Assembly: GCA_045106985.1 (NCBI GenBank)
Contig: JBGCFQ010000020.1
Location: 138,429-202,428 of the forward strand
DNA length: 64,000 nt
Direction of reading: 5' to 3'
Source of the DNA: Pseudomonadales bacterium
GTDB taxonomy: Bacteria; Pseudomonadota; Gammaproteobacteria; Pseudomonadales; JAUIET01
Shown here: positions 18,807 to 28,482 of the stretch, piece by piece
Layout of the letters: each line of letters opens with the position of its first letter
How positions within the stretch are numbered: position 1 is the stretch's first letter
Made by a program: the position numbers and the translations under genes
Notes under the pieces: model-generated
The model's database searches: none
What the model saw: the letters and a program-made list of their open reading frames with translations, nothing else
Told to the model about the DNA's origin: nothing

Positions 18807-19658
18807 ATGAAAGAGTTTAGTAATAAAACAGCAGTCATTACCGGCGGGGCCAGCGGAATTGGTTATGCGATTGCCGAGGAAGCGCTATCTCGTGGTATGA
18901 AAGTGGCTATTGCCGATGTTGAACAAGCAGCTCTAGACCAAGCGGTTATCACCTTGTCAGAAAAAGGAGAAGTGTTAGCCATAAAAACCGATGTTTCTAA
19001 CGCGGAGCAAATGGACGATTTTGCAAAGCAAACACTCGCGCACTATGGCTCGATTCATCTCGTATTTAACAATGCCGGTGTAGACGGCAACGGACCAATG
19101 TGGGAATTGACTACTGACGATTGGAATTGGACCATAGGCGTTAATCTATGGGGCGTGGTGCATGGGATTCGCGTATTCTCTAAACATCTTGTTGAACAAA
19201 ACGAAGGCCATATTATCAATACCGCGTCCATTGCGGGGCTTGTTTCAGCGCCAGGTTCCGGGCCTTATACTGCCACTAAACATGCCGTTGTCGCGATGTC
19301 TGAGTGTTTGTTTGGAGAGCTGCGAAACGAAGGCAAAAATGTTGGTGTTTCTGTGCTTTGCCCAAGCTTTGTTAGCACCAACATCTATAAGGCAGGTAGA
19401 AACCGCAAAGACTTCGAAGATAATGAAGAAAAACAGGCCGAACTCAAAATAATTGAAGAATTAGCCGGTGGATTGTTCGCCGATGCCATGCCCGCTTGTA
19501 AGGTGGCTAGAATGACCTTTGAAGCGATTGAGTCAAAGCGATTTTACATTCTTCCGCATCCGGAAGGCTCTAAGCCATTAATTAAGCGCAGAATGGACGA
19601 AATACTGGAAGGCAATCTGCCATCAATGAAGGGGCCAGAGGAATATCCGGTAGCCTAG
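18807..19658 (+). CDS. Short-chain dehydrogenase/reductase (SDR)
   Basis: 283-aa ORF with a TGGASGIG Rossmann motif, an NNAG motif and the catalytic YTATK. Confidence 0.85.
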   Translation: MKEFSNKTAVITGGASGIGYAIAEEALSRGMKVAIADVEQAALDQAVITLSEKGEVLAIKTDVSNAEQMDDFAKQTLAHYGSIHLVFNNAGVDGNGPMWELTTDDWNWTIGVNLWGVVHGIRVFSKHLVEQNEGHIINTASIAGLVSAPGSGPYTATKHAVVAMSECLFGELRNEGKNVGVSVLCPSFVSTNIYKAGRNRKDFEDNEEKQAELKIIEELAGGLFADAMPACKVARMTFEAIESKRFYILPHPEGSKPLIKRRMDEILEGNLPSMKGPEEYPVA

Positions 19659-19717
19659 TGCGCTCTGATTCCAAACTGCCCATTGAATATTTACTCTGGT
19701 TGCGCTTAACTGCAAGA

Positions 19718-20848
19718 ATGTCTATGCGTTTTGCCCCCAAAGTCTCAGCTTTATCATTCACCGTACTTTTGGGGATGAGCGGCATCTCATCCATAACATC
19801 AGCGGCCCCGCAAACCGGTACAAAAGTTCTCGGTCAAGTGTCTCAATTAGAAGCGCATTCTGATGTAACTGCGCCAATGATTGGCAAAGAAGCAGTTGCC
19901 CCCTCTTCTGAAGACACAGGTTTACCTAGCAGCGATTCTGAGGCAGGTGATCGCAATAAAGCGGGCTGGATGGATTCTAGTCATCGCTTTGTGTCCAAAA
20001 AGAGCGACGGTCTTGTGCGCTGGTTTGACGGTTTCTTTGGAGTACCACGCTCTGATCTTGAATCGGCGCAGTCCTTTTTACGTGTTCGAATGGACAATGA
20101 GTGGGATGAAGAGGACGGTAACAGCGTTGGGTTCAGAGTTAGGGGGAAGGTGAATCTCCCAAGAGTGAGCGAACGCATAGGTCTTATATTTTCAGATGAG
20201 CGTGGCGACGAAACGGGCGCTGGTGGATCTGTGGAACAGGCACTCTCAGATAACAACCCTCGAAATGACGTTGCCCTGCAATACACAGGAATAGACAAAG
20301 AGCGTTCTCGACTAGATTTTAAATTGGGCTTTCGGTCTGGTTTGCGCGTTAAATTGGCTGCTCGTTATCGCTACGAGCTACCGCTGCAAAATGATACCTT
20401 GGCACGTTTCAGTGAAGAGCTTTACTTTAGGGATGGCGACGGTTTTGGGACCTTTACACGCTTCGACTTAGATAAGACATTGGAGCAGAAGAAGCTGCTT
20501 CGTTGGGCTAACCGCTTCGAGTGGGGCGAAAAGACGCGCGGCGTTGAATGGGGCAGTACTTTGTCACTCGCGCGACGAATCAACGATAAGTCCGCATTGT
20601 CTTACTTCGTTAATGTTGAGGGTGATACACGGCCCAATGAATTGAACCGAAGCTATGGTCTTGGCGTTACCTATAGGCGCAATTTCTTACGCAGGTGGTT
20701 ATTTTTTGAACTAGAGCCGGCGTACGTTTGGCGACGAAATCTGGAAGACCCAATGCCCGGGGTGATAGAGCCCTACTTCGCCGACAGAGAAGGTGTTGCG
20801 CGTTTCACAGCACGCATAGAGGTCTTGTTCGGCGAAGATCAGCTTTAA
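19718..20848 (+). CDS. Hypothetical secreted protein, probably an outer-membrane beta-barrel
   Basis: The ORF starts at 19658. The ATG at 19718 gives MSMRFAPKVSALSFTVLLGMSGISSITSAAP, a signal peptide. The C-terminal 250 aa show alternating amphipathic strands rich in aromatic residues and Arg (LRVKLAARYRYEL, SYGLGVTYRRNF, ARFTARIEVLF). Confidence 0.5.
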   Translation: MSMRFAPKVSALSFTVLLGMSGISSITSAAPQTGTKVLGQVSQLEAHSDVTAPMIGKEAVAPSSEDTGLPSSDSEAGDRNKAGWMDSSHRFVSKKSDGLVRWFDGFFGVPRSDLESAQSFLRVRMDNEWDEEDGNSVGFRVRGKVNLPRVSERIGLIFSDERGDETGAGGSVEQALSDNNPRNDVALQYTGIDKERSRLDFKLGFRSGLRVKLAARYRYELPLQNDTLARFSEELYFRDGDGFGTFTRFDLDKTLEQKKLLRWANRFEWGEKTRGVEWGSTLSLARRINDKSALSYFVNVEGDTRPNELNRSYGLGVTYRRNFLRRWLFFELEPAYVWRRNLEDPMPGVIEPYFADREGVARFTARIEVLFGEDQL

Positions 20849-20885
20849 GCTCCGGCACTGCTACGCCCAGTCATACAGCGTATTT

Positions 20886-21656
20886 TCAGAACCCCTCTGT
20901 TTTGTGGCCATGATCCCAAATTCGGCCAGGCATGAATTTGTTAACCCAATAGCCAATCTTTGTACCCTTGCCAGGAAAGGACAGAAACTCGCCCTTCTCC
21001 AATGACGCTTCAATATGCTCTATCACTTCTTCCGGAGTAAGGACAACGTCGACCTGCGTAATTTTCGGCACCACTGTGTCTTTGGCTTGTTTCCACAAAG
21101 GTGTTGCAACCGGCGGTGGGCAGACACAAACGAAACGCACGCCACTATTGATATTCTCGTGATAGAGAATTTCTGTATACGTCGAAACAGCCGCTTTACT
21201 TGCGCAGTAACCGCCCATAAGCAGTCCAGGAATAATTCCCGACATCGATGAAAAACTTATGAAGTCGCCCTTACCTCTTTCAACCATGCCTGGCACGGCG
21301 GCCGTCGCGACATTCACCAAACCGTTGTAATTGATGGCCATGAGCTTGATTTGAACCTTAGGATCTTGCTCAAGTAATTTACCAAAAGGCATAATAGCAG
21401 CCGCATTTGCCACCCGATCAATAGGACCTAAATCAGTTTCAACTTGCGCTACTGCGGCATGAACCGCATCAGTATCAGAGATATCTACGGTGTAGGCTTT
21501 TATATTTTCTCGGCCCGCAGTGGTCTCTGCCATTCCCGCTTCATTTACGTCAAAGATGGCTACTTGAGCACCTTGGTCAGCAAGTATTTTCGCTGCTGAC
21601 TGCCCCATGCCACTTCCACCGCCAGTGATCAGTGCTACCTTTCCGTTAAATGCCAT
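20886..21656 (-). CDS. Short-chain dehydrogenase/reductase (SDR)
   Basis: 256-aa ORF with TGGGSGMG and the catalytic YCASK. Confidence 0.85.
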   Translation of the reverse strand: MAFNGKVALITGGGSGMGQSAAKILADQGAQVAIFDVNEAGMAETTAGRENIKAYTVDISDTDAVHAAVAQVETDLGPIDRVANAAAIMPFGKLLEQDPKVQIKLMAINYNGLVNVATAAVPGMVERGKGDFISFSSMSGIIPGLLMGGYCASKAAVSTYTEILYHENINSGVRFVCVCPPPVATPLWKQAKDTVVPKITQVDVVLTPEEVIEHIEASLEKGEFLSFPGKGTKIGYWVNKFMPGRIWDHGHKTEGF

Positions 21657-21684
21657 TACTCAAACCTCTTTAGGACTGCATAAA

Positions 21685-21710
21685 ATTTGCTGACATAGTA
21701 TTCAGCAAAT
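21685..21710. promoter_or_regulatory. 9-bp perfect inverted repeat (operator or intrinsic terminator)
   Basis: ATTTGCTGA-catagtat-TCAGCAAAT lies between the sulfatase stop (21767) and the SDR start (21656). On the minus strand the stem is followed by TTTTAT. Confidence 0.4.
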
Positions 21711-21766
21711 AGTTTCTTGCAAGTTAATCTCTCGTCAGTAACGCCGCAAACTATCTGCTTCTGGGC

Positions 21767-23314
21767 TTAACGACCTTGCGCTCCTTTTGCCAGCATCTGT
21801 TGCATTTGAATCATCATGCGATCGATAGAGAAACTCGCTGTGGCCTGACGCGGCGGAAACTGTCGAAAAGTTGAAAGCCATTTACCGACCTCTTGCTGGG
21901 TTGGCACAAACAACCACAGCTGGTCTGCGAAGAATCGAGAATACATACCGGAATCTATAGAGGTCTCATAAGGGTCAGAACGAAGATTGATAACCCTTGG
22001 AAAGTTGAGAGCCTCGCGTGGACCAGACCAACCCTCCATTTGTAGCGCGAAATGGATTTTCCAATCATTCCAACGTACTGCATTCAATTGAGCATTGTCG
22101 TCAAAGTAAAACAAGGTTTCCCGCTTACCTTTGCCTTTGCCCGACAGCAGCGCTGTTTGATCGAAGCCATCCAAATGCACCTTATATGTCTTGCTGCCTG
22201 CAGCGTAGCCCTGCTTTAGCTTAGCGCCAATATTGGGCTCTCCGGCGGCCGCCAGAAAAGTAGGCAACCAGTCCTGATGAGAGAAAATATCATTTATAAC
22301 AGTTTTCTCTGCAACCATACCAGGCCAACGAATAAGTGCTGGCACGCGAAAGCCACCTTCCCAGGTGGATCCTTTCTCACCTCGAAACGGCTCTGCACCG
22401 CCATCGGGGTAGGTATTCGTTTGCGATCCGTTGTCTGTAGAGTAAACAACAATAGTGTTGTCTGCGATACCCAACTCTTCTAACTTGTCGAGCAGCTGAC
22501 CAACATGATGATCGTGTTCCTTCATACCATCAGCATACAATCCATGGCCAGAGCTGCCCTGCCACTTAGGTGCGAGCCGTGTCCAAACATGCATACGCGT
22601 CGAATTAAACCAAAGAAAAAACGGCTTGTCTTCGCTCTTGGACTTATCCATGAATTTCAGAGCAGCATCAGTGAATTCCTGATCTGCAGTTTCCATGCGT
22701 TTACGGCTAAGTGGCCCGGTGTCTTCAATTCGGCCATCAGCATAAGAATGAATAACCCCTCGTGGCGCGAATTTTTTGTGGAATTCAGGATCTTTCGGAT
22801 AGTAGTAAGTTTCTGGCTCCTCTTCCGCATTTAAGTGATAGAGGTTGCCAAAAAATTCATCGAAGCCATGGTTGCTAGGTAAAAATTCATCTTTATCGCC
22901 CAGATGATTTTTACCGAATTGCCCCGTAGCGTAGCCTTTCGGTTTAAGTAACTCTGCAATAGTTGGATCTTCACCGCGAAGGCCAATATCAGCACCAGGT
23001 AGGCCTACTTTGAGTAGGCCTGTTCGTAAAGGGTGTTGCCCAGTGATAAATGCGCTGCGCCCAGCCGTGCAACTTTGCTCGCCGTAGTAGTCAGTAAACA
23101 TTGCGCCTTCGTTAGCAATGCGGTCTATGTTGGGGGTTTCTCCGCCAAGCATGCCGCGATGATAGGCGCTGATATTAGACCAACCAATATCGTCGCCCCA
23201 TATCACCAAAATGTTTGGCTTCTCAGCCGCGGTTACCACAAGCGGCGAGAGCCCAAAAAAGACACTCACTAACAATATAACACTGGTCCGCGAAAACGCT
23301 GCTTGTCTCTTCAT
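21767..23314 (-). CDS. Arylsulfatase-family (S1) sulfatase, secreted
   Basis: The ORF extends to 23359. The ATG at 23314 gives a signal peptide (MKRQAAFSRTSVILLVSVFFGLSPLVVTAAEKPN). The metal-site sequence is ILVIWGDDIGW, and the formylglycine motif is the CxAxR variant (SCTAGRSAFITG). Confidence 0.88.
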   Translation of the reverse strand: MKRQAAFSRTSVILLVSVFFGLSPLVVTAAEKPNILVIWGDDIGWSNISAYHRGMLGGETPNIDRIANEGAMFTDYYGEQSCTAGRSAFITGQHPLRTGLLKVGLPGADIGLRGEDPTIAELLKPKGYATGQFGKNHLGDKDEFLPSNHGFDEFFGNLYHLNAEEEPETYYYPKDPEFHKKFAPRGVIHSYADGRIEDTGPLSRKRMETADQEFTDAALKFMDKSKSEDKPFFLWFNSTRMHVWTRLAPKWQGSSGHGLYADGMKEHDHHVGQLLDKLEELGIADNTIVVYSTDNGSQTNTYPDGGAEPFRGEKGSTWEGGFRVPALIRWPGMVAEKTVINDIFSHQDWLPTFLAAAGEPNIGAKLKQGYAAGSKTYKVHLDGFDQTALLSGKGKGKRETLFYFDDNAQLNAVRWNDWKIHFALQMEGWSGPREALNFPRVINLRSDPYETSIDSGMYSRFFADQLWLFVPTQQEVGKWLSTFRQFPPRQATASFSIDRMMIQMQQMLAKGAQGR

Positions 23315-23370
23315 TGATTTTGCCTTCACTAGTTTGCTTTTACACTTTTCTATAAACATTTAACTGAAAG

Positions 23371-24528
23371 TCAGAGCGAGCGAGATATAAGTTCTTTCAT
23401 AATCTCATTTGTTCCGCCGTAAATTTTTTGTACACGACTGTCCGCGTACATTCGAGCAATCGGGTACTCCCACATATAGCCATAGCCACCATGCAGCTGC
23501 AAGCACTCGTCGACAACATCGCACTGCTTTTGTGTGCACCACCATTTTGCCATCGACGCTTCTTCAGGCGATAGTTCACCGCTCATATGCTTGGTAATGC
23601 ACTGATCTACGAATGCACGCGAAACGGTCGCCTCTGTCTTGCACTCGGCTAATTTAAATCGCGTGTTCTGGAAATCAAATACAGTTTTACCAAAAGCGCC
23701 GCGTTGCTTAGTGTATTCAACAGTAGTCTCTACGGCCATTTCTGCAATAGTTGCCGCAGCGCAGGCAATACTTAAACGCTCCTGCGGCAACTGTTTCATC
23801 AACTGTATAAAGCCCTGGCCTTCTTTCTCGCCGATTAGGTTATTGAGCGGCAATCTAACATCGCTGAAGAAAAGCTCGGATGTGTCAGCATCTTTCAAAC
23901 CGATCTTTTCCAGATTACGTCCGCGACTAAACCCTTCAAGACCTTCTGTTTCAGCAACAATTAATGATGTACCCTTCGCTCCTGCGCTTGGATCAGTTTT
24001 ACACACAACAATAATCAGTTCAGCATGCTGACCATTAGTGATAAAAGTTTTACTGCCATTAACGAGGTAATGATCATCCTTTTTAATAGCGCTAGTCTTT
24101 ATTCCCTGTAGGTCAGAACCCGCTCCCGGCTCGGTCATCGCAATTGCGGCAACCAATTCGCCGCTGACCATTTTGGGTAACCATCGCAGTTTTTGCTCTT
24201 CTGAGGCATAGTTAATAAAATAGTGCGCAACGATTTGACTGTGCACAGTGTTGCCGCCAGCAACAGAAGCGGCGGCATCGCCTCGCATCATGGCGTCATA
24301 TATGATCGCCTCGTGCGTGTAATCTCCACCTGCACCGCCATATTGCTCTGGAACGCTAGCGCCTAGCAATCCAGCCGCTCCTGCATCGCGCCACGCTTGA
24401 CGATCGCACATTCCTTGCTTTTCCCATCGCTCCCGATGAGGTGCGAACTCAGATTGGGTAAACCTTAAGGCACTGTCGTGCAGTATTCGTAATTCGTCAT
24501 CCACCCAGGCAGAATTCAAAATGCTCAT
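23371..24528 (-). CDS. Acyl-CoA dehydrogenase
   Basis: The ORF extends to 24552 (TTG), and I prefer the ATG at 24528 because it is preceded by AAAGGA. ACAD motifs are AMTEPGAGSDLQGIKT, GSKTFITNG and the C-terminal QLHGGYGYMWEYPIARMYADSRVQKIYGGTNEIMKELI. Confidence 0.9.
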   Translation of the reverse strand: MSILNSAWVDDELRILHDSALRFTQSEFAPHRERWEKQGMCDRQAWRDAGAAGLLGASVPEQYGGAGGDYTHEAIIYDAMMRGDAAASVAGGNTVHSQIVAHYFINYASEEQKLRWLPKMVSGELVAAIAMTEPGAGSDLQGIKTSAIKKDDHYLVNGSKTFITNGQHAELIIVVCKTDPSAGAKGTSLIVAETEGLEGFSRGRNLEKIGLKDADTSELFFSDVRLPLNNLIGEKEGQGFIQLMKQLPQERLSIACAAATIAEMAVETTVEYTKQRGAFGKTVFDFQNTRFKLAECKTEATVSRAFVDQCITKHMSGELSPEEASMAKWWCTQKQCDVVDECLQLHGGYGYMWEYPIARMYADSRVQKIYGGTNEIMKELISRSL

Positions 24529-24556
24529 AGTGATCCTTTTGTTGTTACCCAAATAT

Positions 24557-26956
24557 TTACTGGGCAGGCTGTTGTTGCATATAACTTAGTTGTTTAATCA
24601 AACCCTCCAGACGGCTGTCTCTGGGATTAACGCCGGCAAGAGCCTGCGCATGCTGCATCGCTTTAGCTATGTCGCCACGGTCTCTCTCAATGGTCGCTAA
24701 CGCAAACAACAACTCAACATTGCCGGGATTTTCATCGGCCGTAGCTTCTAGTTGCTTGATTGCCTCTTCGCTTCGGCCAGCGGAATTCAAACCAATTGCA
24801 TATACGTATGCGTATCTCCACGAATCACTGAGCTCAGACGCATGCTGTAATTCTACCAACGCTTGATCCTTATTTCCCTGACGAGAATGCCATAAACCGT
24901 AGGCATGACGGCTCTCGGCAACGTCCGGCTGTCGTTTGATGGCTGTTGCTAATAGAGAGCCTCCCTCGGCATCTCGCTGAATACCACGATATAAGTCTGC
25001 CAAATTCAGATAAGCGGGTATCCAAAGCGGGTCTAGATTTATAGCTCGTCGATAATATTCTTCTGCGCGCGCCGTCTTGCCACGACGAGCAGCAAGAGAG
25101 GCTAAATTACTCAATGCTTCGGGCCTATCGGCATTCAGTTCTTGGGAGTTGATGTATTCGTCAAGTACACCACTTAATAAGCTGCTCTCCTTTTCACTCA
25201 ACAAGCTCGAAGATGCATCGGCAAGTGTACGGGCGGCCTCAATTCTCACCGCAAGGTGTTTGTCCCTTAACAATCGCGATGTCATTTCCCACCGCTGACC
25301 TACTGGTAATAGCTCCACCGATTGCAGCGCAGCCAACTGCATTGCTGGATTGCTTGATGCCAGCCCCAATCTCACATCCTCTAGTGCTTCTACATCTAGC
25401 TGACGAGACATAAACGCCAGTGCGGAGGCTCTGACAATGGGCGCTTGGTCTTTGTCGCTGAACACAGACCGAAGTAACCCGGATGCTGGCTGACCATTTT
25501 GTATAGCAGAAAAAGCTCTCGCGAAATGAGGTTTAGTCTCCCTTCCTGTTATGCCAAAATGCGCCGCTATAGCCTTAGTAGCCCATTGGTTTGATTTATC
25601 TTTGTGACAGTCGGTGCAAACATTGGGTGACCCAACTTCTTCGCTCAGCTCCGGTCGTGGAATACGAAAGCTATGATCGTATCTTTCATCCACGCCCATG
25701 TAGATTTTCGCGGGCATGTGGCACTGCCGACACTGCGCAGCAGCCGATCCTTCAGGGTGGAAATGATGTTCCGTTGAATCATAGCTTTTGGGCTGTAAGC
25801 CGCCAAATTGGTTCGGTGGTGATTGCTGATGACATTGCGTACAGACCGCGTTACCTTCCAGCTTCAGTTCGGCTGAATGAGGATTGTGGCAATTGCTGCA
25901 AACAACACCGGCTTGATGCATTTTGCTTTGTAGAAAAGAACCATAAACATATACCTCTTCCAGAATCTGTCCATCGGCATGGTACAAACCTTGATCCAGT
26001 AATGCAGGCACATAGTGGTCGTACAAGGACTTGCCGGGCTCAAAGCCCTCTGCGATTACGCGGCGTCTTGAATGACATCGTGCGCAACTGGCGAGCTGAA
26101 TGGGAGCCTCGCCAAGACTCGCAGCAAACCCCTTATGGGCGGGCGAACTATCGGGCGTAGAACCCTCGGCATGGCTTGCCCAAGATTGATGTTGTGATGC
26201 CGGGCCGTGACAGGCCTCGCAGCCTACATTTATTTCATTGTATTCAGTGGAGTAAGACGCTGAACTTGCGTCATACCCTTTACGTAAATTTGTAGAGTGA
26301 CAATCAGCGCACTGATAATTCCAGTTTTGATGCAAGCGAGTCCAATGCAAGGGGTCGCTCGCAGGTATCGATTCATCCGGATACATATGAAACCAGCGCT
26401 GTCCGCCATCAGCATCAGGTCTAGAATCCCAGGCCATGCTCAGAGCTTGGTAAGCACCTTTCCCAGTGGGTATGAGGTACTGTTGCAGAGGCTCAACACC
26501 GAAGGCATGACTAATCGGAAATTCTTCCTTTTCGCCAATTTTATTATTGGTTCGAACGAAATAGCTACCATCACGCTGATAGAAGAAAAACTCTTCGCCC
26601 TGATGCGTTACCGTTTGATTATCAAAGTTGCCCAAAACCGTGTCACTGTTCACGGTCTGCATAGCCAATGCATGATGCGACTGCTGCCAAAACTCAAAGG
26701 CTTGTTCGTGGCAACTTTTACAGTTTGCCGAACCAACATACTCTCGCTCTATATTGGTCGTGGGTGCAAAGGTCGACGGTTCTTGTTCACTATTTACCTT
26801 TACCTCTGCTCCGGCATCCGCAACTTTATTTTTTGCATCAACACCTACTTCAACCGGACCACAGGCAGAAACCACAAGCATCAGCAAGGCCAAAAAGGCG
26901 TTCGCAACGACATTTGACGCTTTGCAAATGTGGCAAGCCAACCTGGTCAACATCAA
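24557..26956 (-). CDS. Octaheme c-type cytochrome lipoprotein with a C-terminal HEAT/TPR domain
   Basis: 799-aa ORF with a lipobox-like LVVSAC at the N-terminus. It has eight CxxCH motifs: CKSCH, CADCH, CEACH, CARCH, CSNCH, CTQCH, CRQCH and CTDCH. The C-terminal ~300 aa are TPR-like (YYRRAINLDPLWIPAYLNLADLY...). Confidence 0.8.
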   Translation of the reverse strand: MMLTRLACHICKASNVVANAFLALLMLVVSACGPVEVGVDAKNKVADAGAEVKVNSEQEPSTFAPTTNIEREYVGSANCKSCHEQAFEFWQQSHHALAMQTVNSDTVLGNFDNQTVTHQGEEFFFYQRDGSYFVRTNNKIGEKEEFPISHAFGVEPLQQYLIPTGKGAYQALSMAWDSRPDADGGQRWFHMYPDESIPASDPLHWTRLHQNWNYQCADCHSTNLRKGYDASSASYSTEYNEINVGCEACHGPASQHQSWASHAEGSTPDSSPAHKGFAASLGEAPIQLASCARCHSRRRVIAEGFEPGKSLYDHYVPALLDQGLYHADGQILEEVYVYGSFLQSKMHQAGVVCSNCHNPHSAELKLEGNAVCTQCHQQSPPNQFGGLQPKSYDSTEHHFHPEGSAAAQCRQCHMPAKIYMGVDERYDHSFRIPRPELSEEVGSPNVCTDCHKDKSNQWATKAIAAHFGITGRETKPHFARAFSAIQNGQPASGLLRSVFSDKDQAPIVRASALAFMSRQLDVEALEDVRLGLASSNPAMQLAALQSVELLPVGQRWEMTSRLLRDKHLAVRIEAARTLADASSSLLSEKESSLLSGVLDEYINSQELNADRPEALSNLASLAARRGKTARAEEYYRRAINLDPLWIPAYLNLADLYRGIQRDAEGGSLLATAIKRQPDVAESRHAYGLWHSRQGNKDQALVELQHASELSDSWRYAYVYAIGLNSAGRSEEAIKQLEATADENPGNVELLFALATIERDRGDIAKAMQHAQALAGVNPRDSRLEGLIKQLSYMQQQPAQ

Positions 26957-28482
26957 TTGGTCGGCTTAGGTATGGTCTCCATTATTTGATCAATAGTGAA
27001 ACTTGCGGGTCGCTGTCTTGGAGGAAATGCGTGCAGAGACTTAATGAACTTACTCACCTCGACCATACCTAGACCCATTGCGATTGGAATCTTTCTTGTC
27101 CACCACTCATTGTATGCATTAGAGTCCGTATCGGCACGTTCAAATGGATCGCGACGCAGGTGAAACATTTTCGGTATTCGCAAAGGTATAAATGGTTCAC
27201 GCCAGACTTGAAAACGTTTTGCTCGCTGTTCTGCGTACACGATTTTCCAATCGTCTACTCGCGCAGATATTAGCTTGCCGTCGTCGCTAAAATATAAAAA
27301 CTCTCTGCGTGGGCCCGCTTTCTTTTCCGTTAAATGCGGCAGAAAGTTATAGCCGTCAAGATGTACTTTGAATGACTTAGCGCCGGCTACGTGACCACTG
27401 AGCAACTTCTTCTTGATCGAAGTATCACCAGCCGCAGCCATTAAGGTTGGCACCCAATCTTGATGTGACATGACTGAATTGCTGATGCTTCCTGCCTCAA
27501 TTTTCCCTGGCCATCGAACCATCGCCGGAACTCGGAAGCCCCCTTCCCAGTTGGTATTTTTTTCACCGCGAAATGGCGTTATACCACCGTCAGGCCACAT
27601 ATTGTAATGCGGGCCGTTATCGGTGGTGTAAATAACAATTGTATTCTTGGATATACCCAGCTCATCAAGCTTAGCTAATATGAAGCCAACGTGATCATCG
27701 TGTTCAAGCATGCCATCGGCATAAAAACCCTGTCCTGAACGTCCTAAGCTCTCATCTTTAACGTAAGTATGGTAGTGCATGCGGGTTGAATTGAACCACG
27801 CTAAAAAAGGCTTACCCGCTGAGTGCGCCTTATCTATGAACTTCAATGTTGCGCCAAGAAACTCTTCATCAACTGATTCCATGCGCTTTTTAGTTAGCGG
27901 GCCGCTGTCTTCAATGCGACCGTCGGCATAGCTGTGAATGACGCCTCTCGGGCCGAAGGTTTTATTAAATTCCGGATCTTTGGGATAGTCTGGATCTTCT
28001 GGCGCTTCTTCTGCATTCAAATGATATAAGTTGCCAAAAAATTCATCGAATCCATGATTGGTTGGCAAAAATTCATCCCGATCACCTAAATGATTTTTGC
28101 CAAACTGGCCCGATGTGTAACCCAGTGGTTTCAACAATTCAGCCAATGTTGGGTCTTTGGGACTAAGACCTGTATCGGCACCAGGTGCGCCTACTTTTGT
28201 AAGTCCGGTACGAATTGGGTGTTGGCCTGTAATAAAAGCTGAACGACCAGCGGTGCAGCTTTGTTCGCCGTAATAGTCGGTAAATTTTAGCCCCTCTCTT
28301 GCTATACGATCTATGTTGGGTGTGGAATAACCCATCATACCCATATTGTTAGTACTGAGGTTCCAAAAGCCGATGTCATCGCCCATTATTACAACGATAT
28401 TGGGCTTATCTGCTGCCGACACTTCTGTAACAAGAAGTAAAGTTGCCAGTAAGCCAATGCAGCTTCGAATTATTGTTCTCAT
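26953..28482 (-). CDS. Arylsulfatase-family (S1) sulfatase, secreted (paralog of 21767..23314)
   Basis: 509-aa ORF with a signal peptide, the sequence IVVIMGDDIGFW and the same SCTAGRSAFITGQHP motif. Long blocks are identical to the other sulfatase (GQFGKNHLGD, NHGFDEFFGNLYHLNAEE). Its stop overlaps the cytochrome start as ATGA. Confidence 0.88.
   Translation of the reverse strand: MRTIIRSCIGLLATLLLVTEVSAADKPNIVVIMGDDIGFWNLSTNNMGMMGYSTPNIDRIAREGLKFTDYYGEQSCTAGRSAFITGQHPIRTGLTKVGAPGADTGLSPKDPTLAELLKPLGYTSGQFGKNHLGDRDEFLPTNHGFDEFFGNLYHLNAEEAPEDPDYPKDPEFNKTFGPRGVIHSYADGRIEDSGPLTKKRMESVDEEFLGATLKFIDKAHSAGKPFLAWFNSTRMHYHTYVKDESLGRSGQGFYADGMLEHDDHVGFILAKLDELGISKNTIVIYTTDNGPHYNMWPDGGITPFRGEKNTNWEGGFRVPAMVRWPGKIEAGSISNSVMSHQDWVPTLMAAAGDTSIKKKLLSGHVAGAKSFKVHLDGYNFLPHLTEKKAGPRREFLYFSDDGKLISARVDDWKIVYAEQRAKRFQVWREPFIPLRIPKMFHLRRDPFERADTDSNAYNEWWTRKIPIAMGLGMVEVSKFIKSLHAFPPRQRPASFTIDQIMETIPKPTN

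Noticed and set aside
25591-27072. Plus-strand ORFs of up to 206 aa (25591..26160, 26297..26917, 26668..27072, 26754..26969) opposite the cytochrome gene.
   Set aside because: They are antisense to an ORF with eight CxxCH motifs and TPR repeats. Their translations are Arg/Cys/His-rich nonsense typical of antisense frames.
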